In this document: positions 10,305-21,486 of the stretch, one piece after another
Numbering within the stretch: position 1 is the first letter of the stretch
How the letters are laid out: every line of letters starts with the position of its first letter
Origin: Longimicrobiales bacterium
GTDB lineage: Bacteria; Gemmatimonadota; Gemmatimonadetes; Longimicrobiales; Gaopeijiaceae
NCBI GenBank assembly: GCA_965238005.1
Contig: OZ250165.1
Span: forward strand, 608,001 to 672,000
Length of the DNA: 64,000 bases
Direction: 5' to 3'
Translations under genes and position numbers: made by a program
Notes under the pieces: model-generated
Told to the model about the DNA's origin: nothing
The model's database searches: none
Seen by the model: only the letters and a program-made list of their open reading frames with translations

Positions 10305-10335
10305 GACTCTCTCTGCTCCAAGTAGGCTGCTGATT

Positions 10336-10929
10336 CTACTGAATCAGGTAAACGAGGGTGAAGATCACGATCCAGACGATGTCCACGAAGTGCCAGTACA
10401 ACCCCGCGATCTCGACCTGGAGTGCCTTGGCCGGCGGCAGCTCGTTCATGAGCGACCGGATGAAGAGTGTCGCAATCCAGATCACGCCCACCGTGACATG
10501 CGCCCCGTGGAAGCCCGTGAGCACGAAGAACGACGATCCGAACACGTTCTGCTGTATCGTGAGCCCCTCGTGGACGAAGTGGGTGAACTCGTAGACCTGG
10601 AATCCCAGAAAAATGGAGCCCAAGACGATCACGCCCGCCAGCGAGATGAGGGTGTTCCTCTTGTTGCCCTTCCGCACCTGGTCCAGGGCCAGCACCATGG
10701 CCGTGGAGCTCATGAGGAGCACGAAGGTGCTGATGCTCGTGAGCGGGATGTTGAGGATCTCTCCCGGGAAGGGCCCGCTGACGCTGGCGCCCTTGTATAC
10801 CATGTACGTGGTGATCAGCGTCCCGAAAAACAGACACTCCGAGCCCATGAACGCCCAGAAGCCGACCTTCCAACTGTCCAGGCCCGTGGACGTGTAGTAG
10901 TGGTCCTGCACGGCAACCGCCTCGGCCAT
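10336..10929 (-). CDS. ctaE: Cytochrome c oxidase subunit III
   Basis: GSECLFFG, TGFHGAHV, GLYWHFVDIVW. Confidence 0.95.
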   Translation of the reverse strand: MAEAVAVQDHYYTSTGLDSWKVGFWAFMGSECLFFGTLITTYMVYKGASVSGPFPGEILNIPLTSISTFVLLMSSTAMVLALDQVRKGNKRNTLISLAGVIVLGSIFLGFQVYEFTHFVHEGLTIQQNVFGSSFFVLTGFHGAHVTVGVIWIATLFIRSLMNELPPAKALQVEIAGLYWHFVDIVWIVIFTLVYLIQ

Positions 10930-10937
10930 CTATCGAA

Positions 10938-12739
10938 TCATCCCTTCTGGGCGAACGGGTCTTCGAACGCCCAGTTGAATACGCAGAACATCGTGTACGC
11001 CAATCCGGCCAGGGGCGCCCACCAGAACCCCGTCAGGAGAACTCCCCAGGTCACGGCCACACCCAGAGCCGTCAGGATCGGCCAGTACGACCCGTTGGGC
11101 ATGACCGGCTCGACGTCGGGGATCTGCGTGACCACCGCCTCGAGCTCTCTCTTTTCGTCTTCGTGCCAGAGCGGCTCCCGGCTCTGGATGGTGGGGAGCA
11201 CGGGGAAGTTGTAGTGGTGCGGGGGCGACGGGATCGACCACTCCAGCGTCGACGCACCCCAGGGATTCGGTCCGGCGTCGGCGCCCTTCACGGCGCTCCA
11301 TACGATGTTCCACACCATGACCAGGGCGCTGAACGCGAATACGAAGGCCCCGATGGTCGAGAGCTCGTTGAACCCCTCGATGTTGAGCTCGGCGGCCTAG
11401 GTCCAGGTACGCCGTGGCATCCCGTACATCCCGCTCAGGTGCATGGGGAAGAAGGTGAGGTTGAACCCGATGAAGTAGGTCCAGAAGCTCAGCCGTCCCA
11501 GCGCCACGCTCATCATCCGCCCCGTCACCTTGGGGAACCAGTAGTGGATCCCCGCGAACATCCCCGCCAGGACCCCGCCGGCTATCACGTAGTGGAAGTG
11601 TGCCACCACGAAGTAGGTGTCGTGCTGCTGAAGATCGACGGGAGCCGAGGCGTGCATGATGCCGCTCAGCCCGCCCACCGTGAAGATGGCGATGAGGCCG
11701 ATGCAGTAGAGCATAGGCGTCGTGAACCGGATCTGGCCGCCCCACATGGTCGCGATCCAGTTGAAGATCTTCACCGCCGTAGGAATGGCGATGATCATGG
11801 TGGAGGCGACGAAGAAGGCGTCGGCGATGGGGCCGAGGCCCGTCGTGAACATGTGGTGGCTCCACACGCCCCAGCCGATGAATCCGATGAGGATTCCGGC
11901 GTAGACCACCACCGGGTAGCCGAACAGGGGCTTTCTGGAGAAGGTCGGAATGACGTCGGAGACGATCCCGAAGGACGGGAGGATCAGGAGGTAGACCTCC
12001 GGGTGTCCGAAGAGCCAGAAGAGGTGCTGCCAGAGGACCGGGTCGCCGCCCGCCGTGGGAACGTAGAAGTTGGCCCCGAAGAACCGGTCGAAGAGCAGGA
12101 GGATCAGGGCCACCGCGATGACGGGAAGAGCGGTCACGATGATGAAGCTGGTGACCAGGGTCATCCACGTCATCAAGGGCATGCGCATGAGGTTCATGCC
12201 GGGCGCCCTGAGGTTGACGATCGTGGTGATGAAGTTCACCCCGCCCATGATCGAGCTCACACCCAGAATCGAGAGGCCCAACATCCAGAAATCCACGTTG
12301 TGGCCAGGCGAGAATTGGCTCGACGTCAGGTTCGCGTACCCGACCCAGCTCGTGTTGGGAGCCATCCCGAAGAGCCAGCTCGAGTTCAGGAAAATCCCTC
12401 CGAAGAGGAACACCCAGAACGAGAGGGCGTTCATGCGTGGAAAAGCGACGTCCCGAGCCCCGATCTGGAGCGGGACCACGTAGTTGAAGAACGCCACAGC
12501 GAGCGGCATGGCCACCAGGAAGATCATGGTGGTACCCCATGCATCGTGAACAGTTGGTTGTACGTCTCCGGCGTGACGAAGTCGTTCTCCGGCCGCCAGA
12601 GCTGAATCCGGATCATGATCGCCTCGATCCCTCCGATGATCAGGAAGACTAGGGAGGCGACGAAGTACATCACGCCGATCCGCTTGTGATCGACGGTGGT
12701 GATCCAGCTCCAGATGCCGGTGCTATGAGCTTCCGACAT
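10938..12739 (-). pseudogene. ctaD: Cytochrome c oxidase subunit I, disrupted
   Basis: DHKRIG, GHPEVY, HHM, HFHY motifs spread over three ORFs; frameshift near 12535 in MHG-TTMIF; in-frame TAG at 11397-11399 after RRTWT. Confidence 0.88.
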
Positions 12740-12762
12740 CTCTATTCGGTCTCACCCGTCAT

Positions 12763-13965
12763 CTACCGGAGGCTGCTCAAGTAGGCTGCGATGGCCCGGA
12801 CCTGATCCTCCGACAGGTTCGTGGCGGGGAAGCCTCCCCCGCCCACCTGCGCTCCGGGCATCCGTGCGCCGGGCTTCACTTCATGGGGTGCGCTGATCCA
12901 CCGGAAGAGATTCTCCGGGGTGTTCACGAGGAGCCCGGCGCCGATGGTGCTCCGGCTGCCGAGGCGCGTCAGGTTGGGCCCGATGATGCCCTGGGCCGGC
13001 GTCCCCTGGATCGAGTGACACGCGATGCAGGTGGACTGGAAGAAGAAGACGGTCCGGCCCTCGGTCACCAAAGGATCCTCTTGGACCACGGGCTGACCCG
13101 TGGCGGAGTCTACGGCCGGCGCGTTAGCCGTGGGACCGGGGGTCTGCCAGGTGTCGACCCAGGCGTCGAAGTCGGCCAGGGACTCGGCCACCACACGGGT
13201 TCGCATGAGCGAGTGGGCCTCGCCGCAGAACTCGGCGCACTGCCTCAGGAAGGTGCCTTCTTCATTGATGGTGAAGTACAGCCAGTTGTACCGGGCTTCC
13301 CGGCCCTCGGGCACCCTGCGCAGGGGGTTCACGTCCCGCTTGCCGCCCAGCTGCGGCACCCAGAACGAGTGGATGACGTCAACCGAGGACATCTTGAGGG
13401 TGATGGGCTGGCCCACCGGGAGGTGCATCTCGTTCGCGGTCGTCACCCCCAGCTCGGGATACCGGAACTCCCACCAGTACTGATGCCCCACGACCTCCAC
13501 CACGAGAGCGCCCTCGTCGGCGGCATGAGGAGTCTGCGTGCGGAATACGGCTTGGATGGTGGGTATGGCGATGGCCACGACGATAAGGGCGGGCGCGATG
13601 GTCCAGGCGATCTCCATGCCCAGATGGCCGTGAATCTGCCTCGGATGCGGCCGGTCCGGGTTCTCCCGGAACTTGACCACCACGTACGCGAGAACCGACC
13701 AGACCACCGCCAGGATGATCATGGTCCACCAGAACACGCTCACGTATAGCGAGTGGATCGTATCCGCGAAGTCGGTCTTCGGATCGAGGGTAGACTGGGG
13801 GTACTCGCCCTGGCACGCGGCGGCGAGAAGCACCGCCATCAGGACCAGGGCATAGCCGGCCCTGGGGGGGCTCAGCGCGGTCCTCAGTGCGGACCGAGCC
13901 GATGTTGGGAACCTCATCTCGATGTCTTGGCTAGCTGGTACTCGTCCAAGGCGGTAGAGCGTCAA
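12763..13965 (-). CDS. ctaC: Cytochrome c oxidase subunit II with fused cytochrome c (caa3)
   Basis: Lipobox LLAAAC; GHQYWW; CuA ligands VIHSF...CAEFCGEAHSLM; CIACH heme motif; true start probably downstream (near 13917). Confidence 0.93.
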   Translation of the reverse strand: MTLYRLGRVPASQDIEMRFPTSARSALRTALSPPRAGYALVLMAVLLAAACQGEYPQSTLDPKTDFADTIHSLYVSVFWWTMIILAVVWSVLAYVVVKFRENPDRPHPRQIHGHLGMEIAWTIAPALIVVAIAIPTIQAVFRTQTPHAADEGALVVEVVGHQYWWEFRYPELGVTTANEMHLPVGQPITLKMSSVDVIHSFWVPQLGGKRDVNPLRRVPEGREARYNWLYFTINEEGTFLRQCAEFCGEAHSLMRTRVVAESLADFDAWVDTWQTPGPTANAPAVDSATGQPVVQEDPLVTEGRTVFFFQSTCIACHSIQGTPAQGIIGPNLTRLGSRSTIGAGLLVNTPENLFRWISAPHEVKPGARMPGAQVGGGGFPATNLSEDQVRAIAAYLSSLR

Positions 13966-14219
13966 GGAAGGTGATCGACCTCGATGGCCTCGTCGATGAG
14001 CATGATAGGAATGTCTTCGCGGACCGGGTAAAGCACCTTCCCGTCCTCGCGGACCAAGCCCTCGTCTACCGGATCTTCGACCGCATCGCCGCCACGGTTG
14101 GCCACCTGACCGGACCGGATGGCTGCGTTGAGCCGCTCCAGCAGGTCGGCATCCGCGGGCCTCACCGGCTGCCGCGTCTCCGGGCAGACCAGGATCTCCA
14201 GCAGCTCAGGATCAACCAT
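13962..14219 (-). CDS. Trm112/YcaR family protein
   Basis: MVDPELLEILVCP...YPVREDIPIMLIDEA. Confidence 0.9.
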   Translation of the reverse strand: MVDPELLEILVCPETRQPVRPADADLLERLNAAIRSGQVANRGGDAVEDPVDEGLVREDGKVLYPVREDIPIMLIDEAIEVDHLP

Positions 14220-14336
14220 GGGAACGCCTTTGTTAAGCACCGGTATTGAATGCGGACCGCTCAGCGATTGGTATGCAGTCCGGAAAACTATCAGCATCGG
14301 CCTTGATGGGGGAGTCGGTTCACAACGTGGAGTGAC

Positions 14337-14861
14337 ATGAGAGCGTTCACGATCATGCTTGGCGCAGCGGCGTGGACGCTCCCTCCGGCGTCGGGCTCGA
14401 GTTCTGGGGCGGGCGGGTTCTCACCGGCGGACGTGCTCTCGACGGCGCAGCGGGTCGCGACCGCAGCGATCGACCCACGGCCGGACGTCGCCCTCATCGT
14501 CTTCGACGCCGACACCGTTCTGGCCGAGGTGATGGATACCCCTACCGAGCGCAGTGACGGCCTCAAGTTCCGCGACGAGCTGCCGGACGGGAGGGGCATG
14601 CTCTTCGTGTACGAGAGCGAGGAGTATCGCTCCTTCTGGATGAAGGACACATACATCGCTCTCGACATCGCCTTCCTTGATGTGAGCTTCCGGATCGTGG
14701 ATATCCAGCAGATGGAGCCGCAGACGGAGGACCTCCACAACAGCACCGCACCCGCCATGTTCGCCCTCGAGGTCCGGAAGGGGTGGTTCGCGGAGAGGGG
14801 CATCCAGGTGGGAGAGCAAGCGAAGGTGGTCTTCGACCCGCCCGGCGTGAGGATCAATTAG
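14337..14861 (+). CDS. DUF192 family protein
   Basis: GLKFR..L...GMLFVY, FWMKDTYIALDIAF, ALEV..G motifs. Confidence 0.88.
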   Translation: MRAFTIMLGAAAWTLPPASGSSSGAGGFSPADVLSTAQRVATAAIDPRPDVALIVFDADTVLAEVMDTPTERSDGLKFRDELPDGRGMLFVYESEEYRSFWMKDTYIALDIAFLDVSFRIVDIQQMEPQTEDLHNSTAPAMFALEVRKGWFAERGIQVGEQAKVVFDPPGVRIN

Positions 14862-15159
14862 GCGACCGCCAGGGCTTATCGGCCCCGACCCCGAGTCGGG
14901 GACGGCGGGTCCGTGATCCGTCGGGCAGCTCTCAGTCTGGCTGCGACTGATCGAACTCAAGGGCACTGCGCGAAGCGTGGTCGGGAATGGGTTCCGGAAC
15001 GGCGGGGTCGAACCCATCGGTCTGATCGAACCCGAAGATGCCCTGGGGCGGCGCCCGAGCCGGAGACAGTGGAGAGGATCGCGTGCCAGCATTGCACCCC
15101 GGTTCTTCGTGGAACTCGCCCGATTCTGCCGGGACCCGCAGGACCACCTCGAGAAGCTG

Positions 15160-15318
15160 GTCCAGTCCCCCGTCGCCTGCTCCGGACTCACATAGGCGGC
15201 TGTTCCGAGGCTGAGTCCTGCTTCGGTGAGCCTGGACCTACCTGCGGTCGTGACTGCCAGCGCGATCCCGAAGTCCGCGACGAGTGCGCGACCGTCCTGC
15301 AATAGGATGTGTTGAGGC
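15160..15318 (-). pseudogene. Ser/Thr protein kinase internal fragment
   Basis: HILLQDGRALVADFGIA...GTAAYVSPEQ (subdomains VIb-VIII) only. Confidence 0.8.
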
Positions 15319-15405
15319 GTGCGACGGCGTCAGACAGGGCGGACAAGATGCGTCAAAGGCGTATGCGGCGGCAAGCTTCCTAGGACGCCCGCCCCCGGCG
15401 CCCGT

Positions 15406-16305
15406 TCAATGCCGGTCGATTCGCACTCGGTATTCGTCACCCATATCTTCGATCACTTCCACAGTGACACCCGAGCTCCTGAACACGGATATACGGTCGT
15501 CCCCAAGGCCGTACGAGCCTTCGTAGAGCGGGCCGCAGGCTCCGCCAAAAACCAACGTCGGATCTCTGTCAGGGCGGGCCGATTGGACTATGATGGGGCC
15601 GCGGCCGCTCTCGATGTCCGCGTCTACCGAGTAAACGAGCACCCCCTCTTCGCAAATGCGAGAGTCGAACCCACGAGCCCGTCGCAGCTCCACCACCAGT
15701 GCGCTTGTCAAGCTCGTGGGGAGAACGAGGGACTGCGTTCCACTGGCGGCATCGAAAGGGAAGACGGTGCGCTCGACGCTCGCCGCTGGGAGGCAATCGA
15801 TCCGGTCGGTATCCAGCCATGTGAGCTTCCGTTTATGCCAACTGACGAAGTGGGTACCGAGACCCTGCCACGCCATCGGGTCCCACATACCCGCTGCCGC
15901 GTGTGAGGCCAGCCAGTTGGGCTGCTGGTACAGGTAGAGATCAGGCAGCCCGAGCATGTGTCCGGTCTCGTGGACGGTGGTGAACGCACCGTAGTCCGGA
16001 GGACTCGTGTTACGGATATCCGCTCCGAAGGTAACGCCGGAACGGATCTCGACGCCGTCCAGCACGACCCCGTCGCCTCGGAAATTACGGAAGGTGGGCG
16101 AGACCTCCTGGTTGGCGCCACGACTGGCGACGATGAAGACAGCGTCGTACGGACTGAAATCGACGGTCGGGTCTGCGAGATCGGTGACCTGCGATATGTA
16201 GAGGCGGTGACCGGTAAAGGTGCTCCAGTCGTAGGACCCGGAGGGCTGCGGCGCACGGAACCATTGGTCGACGCGGTCCACCGACAACGAAAACCTCCCG
16301 GTGGA
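15406..16305 (-). pseudogene. M6-family (immune inhibitor A-like) metalloprotease, 5'-truncated
   Basis: HETGHMLGLPDLY zinc motif, WDPM; joined to an unrelated rhodanese fragment upstream. Confidence 0.75.
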
Positions 16306-16631
16306 AGGGACCACACGAGCCGGGCAGACGGCAGACCCCAGTGGTCGTCGTACGCGACCACGACATCCCGATTGGAAATACCGAGTCGGGACATGGCGCG
16401 CTCGAATTCTGCCGGCGGTAACACCATGTTGTCACACCCGTCCCGACCGCCGCCGAGGTGCTCGAGGTCGAGTTGGGCGGCGGCGGGAATGTGCCCGGCG
16501 TCATACGCTTCGCGATCCCGGAGATCTACTGCACGCACCAGCGGATCGTGGATGCGCTCCCCCATCCAACCCGGGTCGACGAGAAGGTCCGGTACGGCTG
16601 TCCGACGTCCATCGTCTGGATTCACTACCAT
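16305..16631 (-). pseudogene. Rhodanese/sulfurtransferase N-terminal fragment
   Basis: LLVDPGWM, YDAGHIPAA, VVAYDD..G..SARLVW; second domain missing. Confidence 0.8.
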
Positions 16632-16749
16632 AGATTGTCGCCTGGGCCGAGTCGGTCCGGATACGGGCGGCCTAACGGTAAGACTTTGCGTTACTCCTCG
16701 GGAGTCGAGGCCCATATCCTAAATACCTTCCGACGCTTCCAGGCTAGCG

Positions 16750-17531
16750 TGGCTCGCAAGCTTTCCCGCGCCAGATTCGGTGAAGACTGGAGCGACCGGC
16801 TCAAGCTACTGGGTCCGTTGGTGTGGCATCATCGTCCGCGTCGCCCCGTGACCGTCGCGGTCCGCGTCTCGGGGGGACCCCTGCTGTTGGAGTTACGGAA
16901 CCGATCGGACTTCGGCGCCTTCGACGAGGTCTTCGTCCTGCGCGAGTACGCCGTAGAGCTGGCGGAGCCACCCCTGGTGATCCTCGACCTGGGTGCCTAC
17001 GTCGGCATGGCCTCACTCTATTTCGCCCTGCGTTATCCTCAGGCGCAGATCTATGCTGTGGAGGCCTCTCCCAGCAACTACAAGCAGCTGGTGAAGAACA
17101 CGTCTAGCCAGCCCCGCATCCATCCCGTCCACCTGGCGGTCTCCGACGAGGACGGCGTCTGTGACTTCTTTCCGGCCCCCAACAGTCCGGCCAGTAGCTC
17201 ATTGACACGCCGCTCTGCTGGACAACGACCTCAGCGAGTACCCTGCCGTTCGTACCGCTCTCTGTGTCGCGAGCTGGGCCTGGAGGCGGTGGATTTGTTG
17301 AAACTCGACGTAGAGGGTGCCGAAGAGCGCCTCTTCTCCGACATGGATGGCCTACGCCACACGAGGCACATCGTCGGAGAGATGCACTACGACTTGACGT
17401 CCCTCTCTCGAGAGGATTGCATGGAACACCTAACGGCCTGGGACTGTCGCTTCCGGCCCTTGAGCCCACAGCGAGACCTCCTGTTCGCCGTCCGAACGCC
17501 TGCCCCGCACTTGGACACCCCCGGTGACTGA
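16750..17531 (+). CDS. FkbM-family SAM-dependent methyltransferase (start uncertain)
   Basis: ILDLGAYVG, AVEASP.N, DLLKLDVEGAE. Confidence 0.85.
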
Positions 17532-17609
17532 GCGGCCAGGACCCCGACGTGACGGCAGGATGCTACACCACGCGGGTACCGACATACCTCGAGGAGACTC
17601 GGATCATCA

Positions 17610-17837
17610 TTGATGAGGCCCACAATGCAATCACGTCGTGAGAGGCTCGCCACCCTGCCGCCCCTGTTGCCAGCAGCCATCAGAGAGGCAATAGCCAGCG
17701 AGGACACCGACCAGCTGCATGAGCTCGTTGATGGTGTCGCAGAACACGACGCTGAGGCGGCGGAATACCTGCGCGACCTCGTCGAAGAGTTCGCGTACGA
17801 TTCCCTTGCGGACTTGTTTGCTGTCCGGGGGCGCTGA
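17610..17837 (+). pseudogene. Probable C-terminal helical fragment of a hybrid sensor kinase
   Basis: LATLP...L..LV..FAYD pattern recalled from hybrid kinase C-termini; no upstream domains. Confidence 0.4.
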
Positions 17838-18077
17838 CTAGTCAGGGCTAGGGACGGCCCGCGTTACCCTTCGGACCAGGATCTCTCCCTCTCTATCACT
17901 CCTGGCGAACGGACCAACTGGACATGTTGAGCGTGGGACTCACCCGGAGCTCCACCACGTCTCCCGGCACGGCAGAAATGTGTTCACTCAGATACGCGGC
18001 ACGTGATCCGATTGCGCTCACCAACACGCGGAACCCTCCTGCCCCCACCGACAAGCGGGGCGGGACCTCCAGAGTTG

Positions 18078-18217
18078 TACGTGTTGAACGGGCTGTCGCC
18101 GATCTCGAGCTCCACCGCGTCCTTCCCCGTCGCCTGAAGCTCCTTCGCGATGGCCAGAACGGTGAACGCGGTCTCGGCGGTAAGGGACTTCGCGAACGAG
18201 CTGAGCTCAACGGTCAC
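18078..18217 (-). pseudogene. Class I/II PLP aminotransferase N-terminal fragment
   Basis: ETAFTVLAIAKELQATGKDAVELEIGDSPF; ends abruptly. Confidence 0.7.
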
Positions 18218-18807
18218 GGCTGTGTTTCCTCAGTGGTGCACATGAATGCGAGGCCATAGGTGCCGTCGGCGTGAGCCCAGCCGGTGCCGGTATGGGTGAT
18301 CGGCTGGCCCATCATGTCCATGCCCATACCCATTCCGTCCGAGCCCAGCACCATGGCCTCCGTAACCGACTCGCCACCCAGGGGGATACCGTGTCGCCGG
18401 AGGTCGAAGGGCATTCCGAAGGGATCCGTCATGCCACCACCGACGTGAACGGTGTACTCGGTCCCGGGCAAGAGCGCCATCATCGGCGCGAATCCAAGCC
18501 CCATCTGATCCGACGTGAGCGACCAGATGCCGACGACGACGGGCCCGGGACAGTCGCCTTCGTGCAACGCGATGAAGGTCCGCATCGTCGTTGGAACTCC
18601 GTGGTCGAACCGGACCTCGATGTCCGTGGTGACGCTGACGTCGACCGCTCCTGCAGCGGGCTCGACTGAGAGCAGCAATGTCGGTTCGTTCGTCGCGGTT
18701 GGATCGTCCACGGTGGGGGAGCCGGAGCACGCACCGGCCATGGCAGCACCGATCACGATGATGAGTCGGTGGGGAAGGGCCCTCGCGCGCGTGGATCTCG
18801 CGCCCAT
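18214..18807 (-). CDS. Ig-like (Big_5-type) domain lipoprotein with Met/His-rich tail
   Basis: Lipobox-like AGAC; SVEPAAGAVDV...I.V.F; LLPGTEYTVHV; GMGMGMDMMG...HTGTGWAH. Confidence 0.6.
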   Translation of the reverse strand: MGARSTRARALPHRLIIVIGAAMAGACSGSPTVDDPTATNEPTLLLSVEPAAGAVDVSVTTDIEVRFDHGVPTTMRTFIALHEGDCPGPVVVGIWSLTSDQMGLGFAPMMALLPGTEYTVHVGGGMTDPFGMPFDLRRHGIPLGGESVTEAMVLGSDGMGMGMDMMGQPITHTGTGWAHADGTYGLAFMCTTEETQP

Positions 18808-19019
18808 GATGTCTCCCTCCGAGATACAGGACATCAACCATACGTTGTCGTCTACGGCGACCAAGATGCGGTCCCACACCGATCCCCGCTATCGGCGACC
18901 GACCCGGCTGCCCCGGGGAGATCGCTGGATGGCTTTGAACTCGCGTCTCCGGACCCGTATCACGAATGCCCGGCCATGGTCAAGGGAAAATGTATCCGTC
19001 GCAACGTCACGATGCGACA

Positions 19020-19259
19020 TCACAACGCGACGAAGAGGCCCATAGCGTACATGATCATGAGGCCCGCCATGAGACCACCGGCGATCAACGGCGTCCAGAC
19101 GGTGTCGGGGCTTTGCCTCGCGACCATCCTGTGTAAGGCGACTACGACCTGCACGATCGCTCCGATGCCGATGCTCAAGAATAGTACGCCGCCGTCAGCG
19201 CTGCGCCCGAAGGCGATGACGGGGTCGCCGAGCCGGAATCCGCCGAGGTGGAGCCGCAC
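19020..19259 (-). pseudogene. ZIP-family metal transporter C-terminal fragment
   Basis: FLSIGIGAIVQV...GLMAGLMIMYAMGLFV. Confidence 0.5.
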
Positions 19260-19638
19260 ATCCAGGAAAACCAGCTCATCGAGGAGTTCGACAAGCTGGA
19301 GCAGGAGAGCTAGGACAGGCAGCTAGGAGAGGCACTCCCTCTCGGTATTCAGCTTCGACCGTCTAGAGCCCTAGGGACTCCCACGGCCGGAATCCTTCGG
19401 CCTATCTCGTGAACGCGTTGAACGTGTCGATGTGAAGGTGTCGCGGAGAGTATAGCGGTATTGTGGCCCACGGCTTCGCGCGAGCACAGCAAAATGGTAT
19501 GGCTACGGCTCGGTCATTTCTTCAACACCATCGTCACCGCGGCTACCGTCATCACGATGTAGCATTCCGTTCCCGTTGACACCTACGGTGGGACGCCTCA
19601 GACTGTCCCGCAGGTTCGATCGGAAAGGAGATCTAATC

Positions 19639-21042
19639 ATGAGTAACAGAAGGAAATTCCTCAAAAGCTCGGGCGCATTCGCGCTCGGAGCGACTATGAG
19701 CTCTGCCTGTGATTCAGGCGCCCAGGAAGGTGTGGGAGGGCGGGCAGTGTCTGGGAGCTCGGCGAGCATGCTGGCCAAGAGACCGGACCACCCCGAACCG
19801 GCCACCTACGACCGGCTACCCCTCGAGTGGTACCATGCGACCGTCAAGCGCCTCCAGGAAAAGCTAAAAGAACGGGGCCTGGACGGCATCCTCATCCAGG
19901 ACCGCTGGAACATCATTTACTTCACCGGACTCTTCCATTCCACTACCGAGCGGCCATTCGCCTGCTTTATCCCTGCCAATGAGCTGGCCGTCTATTGGTG
20001 GCACCCCGGGCTCGACCTGGAAATAGTCGGGAGCTGGTGGTCTACCGAATCAGACTACTTCTTTGACTATCCACATGCTGACGGAGGCTACCCGGACCAG
20101 GGAAAGGTGGTCAAAGGACAGCCGGTGGATCTGCTGGAGTGGACGCTCAAAGGAGTCGCAAAGCATGGCTTTGGCGACAAGAAGATTGGGTTCAGTCGAC
20201 CGCCCACGGTCGGGGACCTGAAGCGAATGAACGAGGTCCTTCCCAAGGCTAGCTTCCAGAACGTGGACGACATCTGTATCAAGATGCGACGAGTCAAGAC
20301 GCCAGAGGAGATCGCCTTGATTCAACGGACTTATGAGTACTGGAGCAAGATCCACGCTTTCGGGCGGGATTACATCCTCGAGCGCGGCACCGATGCAACG
20401 GACTTCGAAGTCCAGATGGCGACCACGGAGTACGGCACCAATCTGATCATGAAGGACATCAAGCGCGATGGCCACCCTCACACCGCGGTCGGGATCAGCG
20501 TAGGCGTCGGCTGCCGAACCGGCATGGGGACCGCCTACCCTCACCCCAATCAATTCCACCTTAACCAGATCAAGAAGGGGGACTCCATTCAGATAGCTCT
20601 GTGGGGCGGTATCGGTGGCTACGGCGGCGAGCTGTACTCTCCCTTCCAGATAGAACCTTGGCCTGAGGGTGGCGAAAAGATGTGGGAGGTCATGGCGGAA
20701 GGTTCCAGGATGCAGATCGAGATGTCCAAGGCCGGAACACCCTGTCAGGATATCGCCTTGGCTATCCACCAAATGCAAGTGAAGAACGGTATGGAGAAGT
20801 ACCTTTACCAGCGGGTAGCCCACGGAGAAGGCATGGAAGGGCACCAGGAACCCTTCATCGCACTGGGCGAGACGACGGTCCTCGAAGAGGGCATGACTTT
20901 TTCCATGGAGCCGGGGCTCTTCTACCCGGAGGGAGGTTACGGCTACAACCCCTCCGACGGCGTGCTGGTGGCCAAGGATGCCGGCATCAACCAGGGAAGC
21001 GTTCCCAACTTGACGAAGGAGTGGGCTCTTTTGAAACTGTAA
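19639..21042 (+). CDS. Tat-exported M24/creatinase-fold hydrolase
   Basis: AAGGAG RBS; NRRKFLK twin-arginine signal; NIIYFTG; RVKTPEEI; HGEGMEGH; SMEPG. Confidence 0.85.
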   Translation: MSNRRKFLKSSGAFALGATMSSACDSGAQEGVGGRAVSGSSASMLAKRPDHPEPATYDRLPLEWYHATVKRLQEKLKERGLDGILIQDRWNIIYFTGLFHSTTERPFACFIPANELAVYWWHPGLDLEIVGSWWSTESDYFFDYPHADGGYPDQGKVVKGQPVDLLEWTLKGVAKHGFGDKKIGFSRPPTVGDLKRMNEVLPKASFQNVDDICIKMRRVKTPEEIALIQRTYEYWSKIHAFGRDYILERGTDATDFEVQMATTEYGTNLIMKDIKRDGHPHTAVGISVGVGCRTGMGTAYPHPNQFHLNQIKKGDSIQIALWGGIGGYGGELYSPFQIEPWPEGGEKMWEVMAEGSRMQIEMSKAGTPCQDIALAIHQMQVKNGMEKYLYQRVAHGEGMEGHQEPFIALGETTVLEEGMTFSMEPGLFYPEGGYGYNPSDGVLVAKDAGINQGSVPNLTKEWALLKL

Positions 21043-21061
21043 CAACTTAAGGATAGGAAGA

Positions 21062-21362
21062 CTTCTACTTCGAAAAGGTGGCGGACAGGGGTAGTTGGGA
21101 CTTCCCGCTCGTCAACGTCGCCGCCCCTCTCAGGCTAGAGGGAGACCGGATCGCCGACGCGCGTATCGTCGTGGGCGCCGTACAATGCATCCCGCGGCGC
21201 CTTGCGGACGTGGAGGACCTCGTGAGAGACCGCGTCATGAGCGAAGAGACCGCCGCCATGGCGGGCGCGGTGGCGATCGAGGGAGCGGAGCCCTTGCGGT
21301 ACAACGACTTCAAGGTGCCGCTCAGGGAGAACATCGTGAAGAGGACGGTGCGCGACGCCTGA
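21062..21362 (+). pseudogene. Xanthine dehydrogenase-family FAD subunit, C-terminal fragment
   Basis: YFEKVADRGSWDFPLV...ARIVVGAV...GAEPL..N.FKV. Confidence 0.8.
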
Positions 21363-21486
21363 AGGCAGTGCGCGAGGCTGAGGGCAGTGCGTGAGGCCTA
21401 GTGGAAAAGGTTCCCGCCGCGGCAGGCCCGCAGGGGACCCGCGGCCCGCAACGTGTGGCCCCACTCGGCCGTGGCTTGGCCTGCAA

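Noticed and set aside
11397..11399. In-frame TAG in ctaD as pyrrolysine or stop-codon recoding
   Set aside because: The same gene also has a frameshift, TAG terminates many genes here, and no pyl genes are present
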